Shown here one piece after another: positions 25,649 through 38,729 of a stretch of DNA of 64,000 nucleotides. The translations under genes and the position numbers were made by a program. Below the pieces are notes generated by a model, which did not search any database, was not told the DNA's origin, and was given only the letters and a program-made list of their open reading frames with translations. The DNA comes from Mobula hypostoma. Lineage: Eukaryota. Within the stretch, counting starts at the first letter, position 1. Each line of letters starts with the position of its first letter. Location: NCBI RefSeq assembly GCF_963921235.1, contig NC_086097.1, positions 57,042,001-57,106,000 of the forward strand. Reading direction: 5' to 3'.

Positions 25649-26147
25649 TCAGTGCCTATTTTTAATGAAGAGAGCACATGTGAAGGGAAGTAATGTTGTA
25701 CTTATGAATAATCTGACTCTAATTTTTAAGGCTGTGTCTCTATGTTCTGAAATCCTGAGGTTTGCTGACACATTATGTGCTCAGAGGCAGCCCTTATTTT
25801 AATACATTTGCTAATGTCCACAGTATTAACAGTTTGAAAATCACATGTGGCCTGAACATTGAGACTGAGGATTGGCAGAATTAGTTCCTTTGTAATAACA
25901 GTGTATTGTCCCTTGAGTGCATTATCCATAAAAGTGAGCAGTTAATTAGCTTATTGGAATTTTACGTTCTCATCATGAAATTGTTAGCTTACTTGCACTA
26001 CAGCTTCTCATTAGAGACATGCATCTAGAACCAGTGTAGTAATTTACATGCCTGATGTATAATGAAAGGTTATGTCTTTTGAAAGCAATCAGAGGACTGC
26101 TTGTAAGGCAAGAGGTGAATTTTGTGAATTTATCAGACTGAAATATT

Positions 26148-27102
26148 TATCCGTATTTAAGTTTGCTGATGACACCACTGCCGTTGGCCAAATCAGCATA
26201 TAGGAGGGAGATGGAAAATTTGGCTGAATAGTGCCACAGAAACAACCTCTCACTCAATGTCAGCAAGACCAAGGAGCTGATTATTGACTTCAGAAGGAGG
26301 AAACCAGAGGCCCGTGAGCCAGTCCTCATCGTGGGATCAGAGATGGAGAGGGTCAGCAACTTTAAATTCCTCAGTGTTATCATTTCAGGGATCTGTCTTG
26401 GGTCCAGCAAGTAAGTGCCACTATGAAGAAGACACCTCTACTTCCTTAAGAAAAGAAGTTTGCGAAGCTTTAACGTGAAATCTAAAACTTTAACAAGCTT
26501 TTATAGATGTGTGGTGGAGAGTATATTGTCTGGTTGCATCATGGCCTGGTATGGAAACACCAATACCCTTGAATAGTAAGTACTACAAAAAGTAGTGGAT
26601 ACGGTCCAGTTTGTCATGGGTAAAGCCCTCCCCGCCAATGAGCACATCTACATGGAGCACTGTCACAGGAAAGCAGCGTCCATCATCAAAGACCTCCACC
26701 ATCCAGGTTTTCTCTTCCCTTCTGGAAGGAGATATAGGAACCTCATGACCCACACCACCAAGCTGAGAAATAGTTGTTACCCCTCACCCGTCAGGCTGTT
26801 GAACCAGAAGGTATAAGTTCACTCATTTTCTCTTGCCCTATTACTGGATTGCTCCCATTACCTGTGGACTCATTTCAAGGTTCTGCATCTCATGTTCTGA
26901 ATATTTATTATTTATTTTCTTCTGTATTTGCACAGTTTGTTGCCTTTTGCATGTTGGTTGTTTGTCCATCCTGTTGGGTGTGGTCTTCCATTAATTCTGT
27001 TGCGTTTCTTGGATTTACTGTGTGTGCCCGCAAGCAGATGAATCTTGGGGTTGTGTATGGTGACATATATGTACTTTGATAATAAATTTACTTTGAACTT
27101 TG
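26148..27102 (+). mobile_element. Rex1/Babar LINE 3' fragment
   Basis: KFADDTT, LSLNVSKTKELI, ESILSGCIMAWYGN; aataaatttactttgaacttt tail. Confidence 0.8.
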
Positions 27103-27629
27103 GACATGACTAGAATGGCTGAAGTGGTTTCGTATTACATACCCCATTAATTGACATAAGTTTGAAAAACTCAGTAAAATATAACTTGTTCATTTCAAAG
27201 CAAACAACAATAAGGCTTCAGGTGGGGCTGATCTGTGGAAAGAGAAAAATAGAAGTTTTGTTGGCACAGACCAAGTGATAGTTTTGATCTTTTCCTTAGC
27301 CAATGGTATAGCAATATGTGGAGCACCTTACACAAAGCTGCATGTTTGGCAGTTAGCTTAATGTTGTTCATACGAACATTCTCATTATGTCAATTTCACT
27401 TGTATTATTATCAATTAATATAGCTCTTGTGCCAGTGGTTGTCACCCAGTGAAACCAGGGCTTCAGATAGTCTCTTACGTTCTCCCGATTGTTAGTGTGG
27501 AATGCCTTCTTCAAAGCAAACAGTATAGCAAGATTTTAAATTAAGGGTCAAACATTTGTCATCTTGGTAAATAAAAAGAGTTCTCCACACTATTGATGGG
27601 CTGGGGTTGGGTGTGGGACTGATGGTTTT

Positions 27630-28490
27630 GTTTTATTATTGTCATGTGTACTAAGATACAGTGAAAAGCTTGTCCTGGGTACTATTATGTACAGATCAAA
27701 TCATTACACAGTGCGTAGAGCTAGAATAAGGTAAAACAATGCTGAAAAAAGTGTCAAAGTGCAGTGCAGATAAATGATAAAGTGCAAGATCATAACAAGG
27801 TAGATTGTGAGGTCAAGAGTCCATCTTACGTACAAGAGGTCCATTCAAAAGTCTGTTACCAGTGGGATAGAAGCTGGTAGTATGTGCTTTCAGGCTTTTG
27901 TATCTTCTGCCCAATGGAAGGAGAGAATGAGAAGAGAGAATGTTTGGGGTGGATGGGGTCTTTGATTATGCTGGCTGCTCTTCTGAGTCAGTGGAAAGTA
28001 TAGATAGAGACCACTGAGGGGAGGATGGTTGCCATGATGTGCTGAATTGTGTCCATAGCTTCCTGTATTTCTTGAGGATATGTCAGTTGCATTATCAAGT
28101 GGTTATGCATCTGGACAGAATCCTTTCTATGGAGCATTGATAAAAATAAGTCAAGATCAATGGGAACATGCAAATTCTTTAGTGTCTTGAAGAAGTAGAG
28201 AAGCTGGTGAGCTTTCTTGGCTGTGACATCAACGTGGCTGAACCAGGACAGCCATTAGTAATGTTCGCGGCTAGAACGATGTCACTCTCAACCTCAACAC
28301 TGTTGAAGTAGACAGAATCACGTGTACCACATCATTAAGCTCCTTATCTTCTTCCTGTCCTCTATGATTCATCGTAACTTGAGATGTAGCCAACTACAGT
28401 GGTATCATCTGCAAATTTGCAGATGGAGTTCGAGCAGAATCTGGCCACACAGGCATTAGTGTGCAGGGAGTAGAGAAGGGGTTTGACTGT
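27630..28490 (-). mobile_element. Degenerate Rex1/Babar-like LINE fragment
   Basis: Minus-strand KFADDTTVVG near 28400 and the family 3' region. Confidence 0.6.
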
Positions 28491-28758
28491 TGTTTATTGT
28501 CAATGGTAAAAAGGAACAAAAGTCTATTTCTGGTAGCTTTTCAGATTTTATCATGAACTAGTTGTGACCACCATGCTCTATGACTTGCTTTTAAATGCCT
28601 TTTTGGTTTTGTGCACAAACTCAATTTAAAAAAATGTTCTATCATGTGACCGCACGTTTCCTAGATTGGATTTTTAAGATGTATTTAGATGCATATGATC
28701 ATCCATTTTAGTTTTTCATTCTCAATATAACATTGGAAATCATTGTGTTTTATTATAG

Positions 28759-29892
28759 GGTCTACCAACTCCTCAGATGAAAGTGAATTGGAAGCTGCAG
28801 CAAGTAAGTCTGTGAAAGAAGAAGGTGTTTCCATAAAAGATGAAGAAGAGAAATCAGAGGGGAAGAGACTCAAAGATAGTTGTTTGCAAGAAGCTAAAGA
28901 ATTACCATGTGACGATGATGTGAAAGCAGTGCCTGTGAAGCAGGAGACAGAAAATACACAACCTACAAGCAATGATGAGATAGTGGTGTTTCAAATTGAA
29001 GATGTACGTAAAGACTTGATAGAGAGGTCTCCAAAAGGCAAGGGAAGAAGAACTAGAACTCGAGATAATTATTCAGAAAATAACAAGCCTATTCTTGCTA
29101 ATCACACAGAAGCAACTACTGAGAGTGAACTAAATACGGAAAAATTGGTAGTCTTAGAGGACAACCAGCTAGCAACCCCTAGTGCACCTGAAGAAGAAAT
29201 TCCAATTACAGATACTGCATTGTCAAATGAAGTTGTAGATGATGAGAAGAAACCAGGGAAAAGAAAATCTCCAGAACAGTTAACACCTGATAAAAGGCTT
29301 CGGAGGGATAGTGAAGATGAAATGCAAACTGCGAAAGAGGAAGATACTGAGAAAAAAGAGCTTTTTGGCAGTGAATGTAAAGAATATAAAATGATTGAAA
29401 GGTTAGAACTTGAAAATGGTGATGTTTCTCCATCAGACATTGTTACAGGCATGTGCATAAAACAAGAATTGGAAGCTCCCTGTTTAGAAATTGAAGAGGA
29501 TATTTCATTGAAAACTGATGAAGATACAATGCCACCGATTGGGCCTGAAGCTTTAGTTTGCCATGAGGTAGATTTGGATGACTTGGATGAGAAAGAAAAA
29601 AGCAGTAGTGAAGATATAGGTGCAGGAAATTCGAGATCCAATTCTCCTGAATTAGTTATTGCAGTTGTGTCTACATCAATGCAGCAGGTTTTGCCAATTG
29701 CATCACCCGCACCTGTTCATCAGGATGAAGTTCGTAGCGTCAAAAGTGAAAGTGATATTACTATTGAAGTGGACAGTGTTGCTGGTGAATCACAGGAAGG
29801 ATTATGTGAGAGTGAGTCTGTCAACGGGTTTGATGCCAGTACGAGCTCAAGTAGCAGTGTCACAGTACAAGAAGCTGAGAACAAGGATAAAG
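28759..29892 (+). CDS. ARID4A: ARID4A large exon with LxCxE (pRb-binding) motif
   Basis: ttatag acceptor; 1134-nt open frame with IGPEALVCHEVDLDDLDEK and SVKSESDITIEVDSVAGESQEGLCE; G|gtaggg donor. Confidence 0.93.
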
Positions 29893-31342
29893 GTAGGGAA
29901 TTATAAGTATGCTGCATTATTAATTGAAGATTAAACTGAAAGAAATTATATTTTGGGTTGTCTGTCTTGTCTTTTGAAGGTACATTTTATTCTGAAATTT
30001 CATTAATTGGTATGATTTTTTGAATGAGCAAATGACTTGCACAGAAGCCTATGCCTTAAAATCTTGAGGATCTTCTTTGCAGAATATTCTGAATTTTCAC
30101 TTCTTCCCAAGAATGAGTTTGATTTTAATGATGTTCAATATGCTTTTGTCTTTCTTCATGCTTATTAATTTATTTTCATTGAAATCTTACAAATTTATTG
30201 TTATTTTGCACATCTCTAAGTATTTTTCTTCCTCCTTTGAATATGTTTAATTAATCTGGGGTATCTAGTATATACACTAGCTTTAAGGATTTGTCATGCA
30301 GTGAGAGATTTTGAAGCAAAATTATTAATCCCTGCAGGATCAGAAGGCAACTGGAAGCAATAATGAATTATATAAAGGAGGGAAAAAACCTTTGGGAGTT
30401 TTTAGAGCCATTAGGTTTTAGAAAACAACTAAATAGGAATGACATGTTAAGCAGAGCCAAGAAGCACAGATGATGTTTTTACATGGTTAGGGTTTCAACA
30501 AAATAGTAATGATTTGATTTCTATCAGATGTATTAGGAACTATTGAAGATGAAGTTGAATTTAGGTTCAAATGCCAACCAAGGTTTGGTCGTAAAGTTCA
30601 CTGCTTTTACAAAGTTAATGATGGGATTATTTTCTTTTTAAAGAAAAACTTTTGTTGGCTGAAAAGATCATGAGAAGTGCAGCTAATCTCTATGGGGTTG
30701 CATTCCAGAAATTACAGTGAGTCTCAAAAACTGCAAGTACCAAAATCAAGTATTATGTTATAACTCTGGTGCTTCAGTAGTTGACACTAGCTGCCAGCGG
30801 CCATGGATTGTGAGTTAAGTCAGACTCGATCCTGTAAGGCTATAGAAGATGAAAACTACACATTTTGAAAGGGATAAATATTCAAGCTGAAACACAAAAT
30901 TTATTTATCACTTGCCGTTATTGTCACATGGACATACGTATGTGCTGAAGAGTCACCCCTCATCTCCCCGCCCCATTTTCTTCTGCATCATCTTGTCAAA
31001 AAGATTTCAGTTTTGCAAGTTTTCACACACTTTGAAAGTATTCCCTAAAATATATCCTCCATTATGAATTTGTTAAGTAAATGTTAATTTTCTGGGGAAA
31101 TCTGTAATTCCTTCCTCTTGTACTCAGTCTAAATGGAAGTTTCACTTTTTGAAAAGTTTAAGAATAAATTTCATTTCCTAAGCTCTTTCTGAAAGAACCT
31201 TGTATTTATGGATATGAATGTGTAGGATATATATGAAACTAGTAAGCTACTGTGAATGATAACTATAATCATTACTCAGTGATGTGAACATGCTGTAGTG
31301 TTATCAATTACTTTTACTTTCAAATGTTTCAATTACATATAG

Positions 31343-31447
31343 GTCAGAAAAGAATAAGCGATAGCAATAATGGGACACCAGCAAAGAAACAAAAGCGTAG
31401 CCATAAACGGTCAAATGTATCCAGTAAAAGTGAAAAGAATGGAACTG
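31343..31447 (+). CDS. ARID4A: ARID4A exon (not in the ORF track)
   Basis: atatag acceptor; (G)QKRISDSNNGTPAKKQKRSHKR...KNGT; G|gtaagt donor. Confidence 0.88.
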
Positions 31448-31530
31448 GTAAGTTTTGAAGCTGGAACTTAGCAAGTTGTAAGCTGTTTTATTGAGACATT
31501 TTTTAATAATAACAATAATATTTTTTGAAG

Positions 31531-31734
31531 GCAACAGCAGTGACAGTGAAGACCTACCAGTCACAGACAACTCTAATAAATGCACTCCAGTGAAGACTTC
31601 AAATAAGTCTCAAAAATTTGGCAGGTCCCCATCAAGGTTGATTTCTCCCAACAATAAAGATGGCGATAAAGATAAAGAGAAAGATGGAAATGATAGTACG
31701 TCACCCAGGACTTATAAATGGAGTTTCCAACTTG
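31531..31734 (+). CDS. ARID4A: ARID4A exon
   Basis: ttttgaag acceptor after an 83-nt intron; NSSDSEDLP...[12 protein letters not shown]|gtaaga donor. Confidence 0.9.
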
Positions 31735-32989
31735 GTAAGAAAAGCATTGTTTTGTAGTCCAGATTAATTTTAATTTATTTTAGTGTCAGTTGTTTTGAAT
31801 GCAGTAGCTTTACTTGATGTACCAAAAGGCCTAATTTGCCTATCATTTCTAATTGATGTAAGAGGATAAAAAGTGATACATCTTTCAACAGATTCATTTT
31901 TTAGTCCTTTATGGCCATTTACAGTTCCTGTTTGTAGTGGTTGCTTGTTCACTGTAACTTAACTGCCATCTTGAAGCTGCTTTAGCTGCTATGTTGAATG
32001 AAATTTTGTAAACTAACGAAGAATTTGTGGTTCTAATCTAATTATTAAATGAAATAATAATTTATGGAATCTAATCAGAATAAGAAATCTTGGGACCAGA
32101 AAATTTTGCTTGAGAAGTAATTTTCTCAGCAAGATTACTCCTCTGTGGTGGAAGATCTAAACATAGCTATGATTCTCAAGTCGTCTGTCGTATGTGTATC
32201 ATATGAAATTTGCCGAACACTGTTCAATGCATTTGTAAATGACTAAGAATAAGTTGACCAGCATCAGTGACATCTCCCAAGGCAACATCCCCAGCATTAA
32301 GGCCATAATTGTACTCAGCCTGCTCTGTTGTACAGGCCATGTTGTAGAACATTAGACTCCTGAAACAGATACAGGCAGGCAACTCCTGTATTACAGCTGT
32401 TTGGGAAAGGGAAATTCACCCATACAGAATTCACAAATCACTACCCATAAATATGAGGTATGGAATAAAATTTCCTCTCATGGAAATTAAGTGGAATGTA
32501 CGTAAATGAACATAAAACATTTCTTAACATATGAGCAGATGATGCAGATCATTTTCAAGTAGCATGGAGGTTTCCTCCGCTCTGGTTAGAGCTACATCAT
32601 AGGAAGAGGTGACCAGATGGATAGAGGAAAAGGTGCAAGGATAAGTTCAAAGTCTGTGAAAAGCTGCAGCATACCAACAGGCTCCTGGCTCTTGACTGCT
32701 CAAATTGTACAAAGGGCTATTGGGATGGAATTGAGAACCTCTATCCCATCTGTTGGGAGCACACAGTTACCCTGCATAAATGGTGGAACAAGAGCTCCAT
32801 TTATAAGCAACTTATCTATATGTCCTTTTAGGCACTTTCTTTCCTATGTATAGAAGAGTCGGTGATTCGCGCATTGACATCATCAGTCATCTCAGATCTC
32901 ATAAAAAAACTGGAGTGAAAGCAAGGTATCCTAAGGTTTCTAAGAACAGTCTAAGAAGGAGGAGGATAAAATAATATAAAAGCAGATGG

Positions 32990-34105
32990 CTGGTGGCTTT
33001 GGCAATTTGAGGCACCCACCTGCTTCAAACAGGCTTCAATTCCAAAGGGATCTTACCACTAGACATATCTTTACCTCTCTTCTCCCCCGACCCCCAGCTT
33101 CCCCTAGGATCATTGCTCCCTCTGGGATTCTCTTATCCTTTCGTCCCTCCCCACTAATATCCCTTCTGGTATTTATCCCTGCTAGCTACCTAAGTGCCAC
33201 ACCTCCATACACCACCTCCATTCAGGGCCCAAGGCAGACCTTCCAGGTGAGGCAACACTACCTGCGAATCTGCTGGAGTTGTCTATTGTGTCCAGTGCTC
33301 CTGATGCAGCCATCTCTACAACGGTGAGACACATTGTAACTTGGGGGGAGGGGCACTTCGCTGTGCTCCTCCTCACCATCCATCACAAACAGGACTTCCC
33401 AGTGGCCAAACATTTTAATTCTGATTCCCATTTCCATTCTGACGTGTTGGTCCGAGGCCTTCTCTTGTGCCAGGATAAGGCCACCTTCAGGTTGGAGAAG
33501 CAAACACATTTCCCTCCACTTCCTCTATTCCCCACTCTTCTCACCTGCCTATTACTTTCTCCTGGTCCCCTCCTTCCCTTTCTACCTTGGTCTACTCTCC
33601 TCTTCTACCAGATTTCTTCTTCTCCAGCTCGTGACTTTTCCCACCTGCCTTCACTTCACCTTCCAGCTAGCCTCCTCCCCTTCTCCCCACCTATTTATTC
33701 TGGCATCAACCTTCTTCCTTCTCAGTCCAGAAGAAGGGTCTTGGCCCGAAATGTCAAATAGGAGCAGGAGTAGGCCATCTGGCCCGTCGAGCCTGCTCTG
33801 CCATTCAATAAGATCATGGCTGGTCTAGCCATGGACTCATCTCCACATACCCCTACTATGCAAAAATCTATCCACCCTTGTCTTAAGTATATTTCCTGAC
33901 GTAGCCTCCACTGCTTCTTTGGGCAGAGAATTTGATAGATTTACCACTCTCTGAGGAAAAGGAGTTCCTCCTCATCTCCATTCTAAATCTGCTCCCCCGA
34001 ATCTTGAGCTATATCCCCTTGTTCAGTTCCATAGATGCTGCCTGACCTGCTGAGTTCCTCCAGCATTTTGTCTGTGTTGCTTTGGATTTCCAGCATCTCA
34101 GACTT
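32990..34105 (+). mobile_element. Degenerate Penelope-like element with an inserted minus-strand CR1 3' fragment (about 33760-34022)
   Basis: QGPRQTFQVRQ, PVAKHFNS; the Penelope tail is split by a CR1 3' UTR. Confidence 0.7.
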
Positions 34106-34107
34106 TC

Positions 34108-36570
34108 TCAAATCAATTATACCAGTGGCTAAGAAGAACATGGTAACCTCCTGCCTTACTGACTATTGTCCAGTAGTACTTACATCCACTGTAATGAAGT
34201 GCTTTGAGAGGTTAGTGATGAAACATATGAATTCCTGCCTGAGAAGCCACTCAGATCCACTCCAATTAGCTACCATCACAACAGGTCCATAGCAGATGCC
34301 ATTTCATTGGCTTCTTCACTCACCCTTGGAACATTTGGACAACAAAGATGCGTACATCAGGATGCCCTGTATTAATTACAACTTGGCATTCAATATTATC
34401 ATCCCCTCAAAGCTAATCAATAAGCTTCAAGATCTTGGCCTCAATACCTCCTTGTGCAATTGGATTCTCGATTTCCTCACTTGCAAACCCTTGTCAGTTT
34501 GGATTGGCAACAACATTTCTTCCACAATCTCCATCAGCACAGGTGTGCTGTATGGTTGTGTGTGTAGCCCCCTGCTCTAATTACTTAATACGTACAACTA
34601 TGAGACTAAGCACAGCTCCAATGTCCTATTTAAGTTTGCTGTTGACACCACTGTCAGCATATAGGAGGAAGATTGAAAAGCTAGCTAAGTGGTGCCACAC
34701 AACAACCTCTCACTCAGTGTCAGCAAGACCAAGAAGCTAATTATTGACTTCGGGAGGAGAAACTAGAGATCCATGAGCCAGTGTTCATTGGGGGATCAGA
34801 GGTGGAGAGGGTCAGCAACTTTAAATTTGTCGGTGTTATCATTTCAGAGAATTGTCCTGGGTCCAGCACATAAGTGTCATTATGAAGAAAACATGGCAAT
34901 GCCTTTACTTCCTTATGAAACCCCTTTTTACTAGGCATCTCTGGGGATGCAGCTCCTTAGCCCCTCACTAACAGCCACTGGACTTAGTGGTGAGAAAACC
35001 ACCTTTCCTAGACTCTGTCCGTCTAGGGTCAATGTGACTTGGGTCCCACCAGAACCAGGAAGTTGAGATGTCTCACCCACCCGAACCCTGATCTGTGTGA
35101 CTATTGTGTAACTGCTGCCTTCATGCAATTGCCCATCAGCAAGAAATAACAGATTGTACACTGCATACAATTATAAAGAAAGTACATTTATGAATGTTAA
35201 CTTAATCGTTATTAAAGAAGAAAGAAAAAAAGAAAAGGTCCCATCATAATTAAAACAGGCGAATGTGCACAAGTTGATCCTCAGATTCACTGATCACCGG
35301 TAGGATTTCCCCTTTTGGATTCCATTGAATTCCAGTATTCCCATTGTATCAAATCCTATGGCCGGTTCTCTCGCTTCTTCTCTGTCCATGTCCCACTGAG
35401 CAGGACTTCGACCAACCCCCAACCCCTTCAGTGTCCATAACAAAAATACCTCTGGCCCAACATTCTCTTGAACCTTCTCCCAATTCCACCATCTGACTGG
35501 ATGATATGACATTCCTAAGCATCACAACCCCTTATCTTTAATGGTAACCCTAACACTACCAACAGAACACACTGCTTCTACAGAAAACCATTAAGTGAAA
35601 CACCTTACAACATTAGCAGTGAGGAGAAGATACGTTATTGAGGACAGACTCAAGAAATTTGAAAAAATCTGGCAACCATTACTGTTGTATTTAGAAGAGA
35701 CCGACAGCTGGACTAAGTGGTGGGCGGTAGGACCTAAACAGCACATACGGGAGGGGTGAGGGGAGGGAGGGTTGGGAAAGGAGAAGGGAGACGGAGTGGT
35801 AGGGTTTCCTTTGCTTTTTGCTTGTTACTATACATACATTCATTTGATTTTCATTATGTTGTTATAAGAAACAAAAGGAAAAAGAAGCATTGTACTTTAG
35901 GACATTGTTGGTTGTGGTTAAGCTGATGTTGCTTCACAATAAAAAACATTTGAAACAACATTAGCAGTAAAATCTATAGATGTGTGGTGGGGTGTATATT
36001 GACTGTTTGCATTACGGCCTGGAATGGAAATACCAATGCCTTTGAATGGAAAACCAGACAAAGAGTAGTGAATACGACCCTGTCCATCATAGGTAAAACC
36101 CTCCCCACCATTGAACACATCTACACAGAGGTGATGCTGCATCCATCATCAAGGACCCCCGTCACCCAGATCATGCTCTGTTCTCACTACTGCCATCAGG
36201 AAAAAAATTACAGGAGTTTAGGAAGAGTTATTATTCTTCAGCCATCAGGCTGTTGAACCAGAGGAGTTCAAATTCACTTGCCCTATCACACTGAACTATT
36301 CCCACAACCTATGGACTCACTTTCAAAGTCTCTTCATCTCATGTTCTCAATACTTAGTGTTTATTTATTGTTTTGTTTTTCTTTGTATTTGCACAGTTGG
36401 TTGTCTTTTGCACATAGGTTATTTGTCAGCCCTGTTGGATGCAATCTTCTAATGATTCTATTGTGTTGCTTGGATTTACTCTGTATGCCTGCAAGAAAAC
36501 AAACCTCAGGGTTGCATATGGTGGCATGCATGTACTCCATAATGAATTTACTGTGAACTTTGAGCATGAA
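34108..36570 (+). mobile_element. Rex1/Babar LINE split by other insertions (about 34920-35950, including an L1-like 3' end with polyA)
   Basis: [29 protein letters not shown], and later ILTVCITAWNGN; KFEKIWQP plus aataaaaaa near 35660-35946. Confidence 0.72.
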
Positions 36571-36820
36571 CTTTGCGATGGTTAGTGCAATTTGTCTGAT
36601 GTGGCCAGAGACAATGATATGGATGAGTTAGTAGCTTAATTGGTCACATGGAGGTAATTGGGCACTGTGGGCTCATTGGGCTGGAAGGGCCAGTTACTAT
36701 GCTGTATCTCCAAGTAATAAAGATAAATGAATAATGCACATTCTGTTTGAGATTGTTGACTTGTTTATTTATCACAGTGTAGTTTATTTATGTGCATAAA
36801 TTTAATATTCTTTTCCTCAG

Positions 36821-36967
36821 CTGATCTTAATAATCTGACAAGTGCTGAACGGATAGCTTTCCTACAGGACAAACTACAGGAGATCAGAAAATACTATATG
36901 TCTTTGAAATCGGAAGTAGCATCCATAGATAGGAGAAGAAAGCGATTAAAAAAGAAAGAGAGAGAAG
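36821..36967 (+). CDS. ARID4A: ARID4A exon: C-terminal coiled coil
   Basis: cctcag acceptor; [49 protein letters not shown]|gtaatg donor. Confidence 0.95.
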
Positions 36968-37867
36968 GTAATGATTAACATGATTGATCCTATTAACATC
37001 TTTGATAACAATGTTTATGATTCATTCTGCTTTTGAATAGGAGTAGGCCATCAAGCTCTTCCAAATCTTCAACATTGTTCAGTATGGCTGAATGATATTT
37101 CAAACCCACAAACATTTATTATGCTTCCCTTGATACCCTGAACCAATTAATTTTTCAATCTTTTCAATTTCGAAAATTTCTCTTCACCCAGATCCTTTTG
37201 GGGTATGATGTTCCAGATTTTAGATTGTCGCTTTTTGTGTGGAAATGTACTCCCAAACTTTTATCATCAAGTTAATCCTCTTATAATTCAAACAATTCTA
37301 TTAGAGTTAATTTTCCTTAGTTGCAGGTGGGTGGAATGTAAAGTAAATTTATATGGATTTGATTTAAAATGTAACTCTATAATATTCCAGGTTCACATTG
37401 GTAAGTTTGCATTGCAATCCATACAGGGCCAATATATCCTGTCTTGTGTACAGAACCAAGCTAAGTGCAGGAGTCCAGGTGGGGTCAGGCCATGGCCATG
37501 TGCAATTGAGGCATCACTTTATCCCCTATACACTCTGTAGAAATAAAGGCAATTTTTCATTAATGCATTTTGCATACATATTGTAGGTTTTAATAGCCTG
37601 GGCACTGAAGGTCAAATCTTCTTTATTTCAATTTTTAGTTAGCTTATTGCTGTGATTTCTTTGTTCAAAGAGGTTGTCCTTGTATATTTCAAGAATTCCA
37701 AGTGTCAGTTTTGCACATTTCCTTTTCGAGTTTTCCTTCTTTTAGCTCTGCAGTTATTTTGTTTTCTAAGTTATATTTAAATGTGGCTTACATTTGTTCC
37801 TTCCATCATGTTTTTATTATGTATGTAAATGATGAAACCCTTTAGAAAGTTGAGTGATTTACTTCTG

Positions 37868-38490
37868 GAAGACGGTATAGAATATAAGAGTAGGGATGTG
37901 ATGTTGAGGCTCTATAAGACACTCGTGAGATCACACTTAGAGTATTGTGTTAGTTTTGGGCTCCTTATTTTAGAAAAGATATACTGACATTGAGAGGGTT
38001 CAGAGAAGATTCATGAGAATGATTCCAGGAATGAAATGGTTACCATATGAGGAACGTCTGGCAGCTCTTGGGCTGTATTCCCTGGAGTTCAGGACAATGG
38101 GGGAGGGGGGGGATCTCATAGAAACATTCCGAATGCTGAAAGGCCTGAACAGATTAGATAAGGCAAAGTTATTGCCCATGGTAGGGGAGTCCAGGACAAG
38201 AGGGCGCGACTTCAGGATTGAAGAACGTCCATTTAGAACAGAGATGCTGAGAAATTACTTTAGACAGAGGGTGTTAAATCTGTAGAATTTGTTGCCATGA
38301 GCAGCTTGGAGGCCAAGTCAATGGGTGCATTTAAGGCAGAGATAGATAGGTTCTTGATTAGCCAAAGGGCATGGGGAAAAGGCAGGGGAGTGGGAATGAC
38401 TGAAAGAATTGGATCAGCCCATGATTGAATGGCGGAGCAGACTCGATGGGCTGAATGGCCTACTTCTCCTTTCTCTTATGGTCTTATTGT
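37868..38490 (+). mobile_element. CR1 LINE 3' fragment
   Basis: LRLYKTLVRSHLEYC, YEERLAALGLYSLE, GDLIETF; 3' UTR ending in cttatggtctt. Confidence 0.85.
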
Positions 38491-38625
38491 ATTACATTAA
38501 ACAATTTTGCCTAGTAAGGTTGAAGATCTTACAATGAGTGTCAGTATTAACTGAAGATTGTACTGCCATTTCTAGAATATGTTATATAGATTTTTTACTA
38601 ATTTGTGTTCTCTTCTATTATCCAG

Positions 38626-38729
38626 TTACACTTGCAGCTCCAGGTACATCCTCAGCTTCTTCAGAAACTGGAATGAGTCCCACTTCCTCTTCACCAGCCC
38701 AAAACAGTGTGGCAGTAGAATGCAGGTGA
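38626..38729 (+). CDS. ARID4A: ARID4A terminal coding exon
   Basis: tccag acceptor; (V)TLAAPGTSSASSETGMSPTSSSPAQNSVAVECR* resembles the ARID4A C-terminus rather than ARID4B. Confidence 0.93.

Noticed and set aside
29102..29641. 179-aa minus-strand ORF
   Set aside because: Antisense shadow of the E/K-rich ARID4A exon; Ser-rich with no independent signal.
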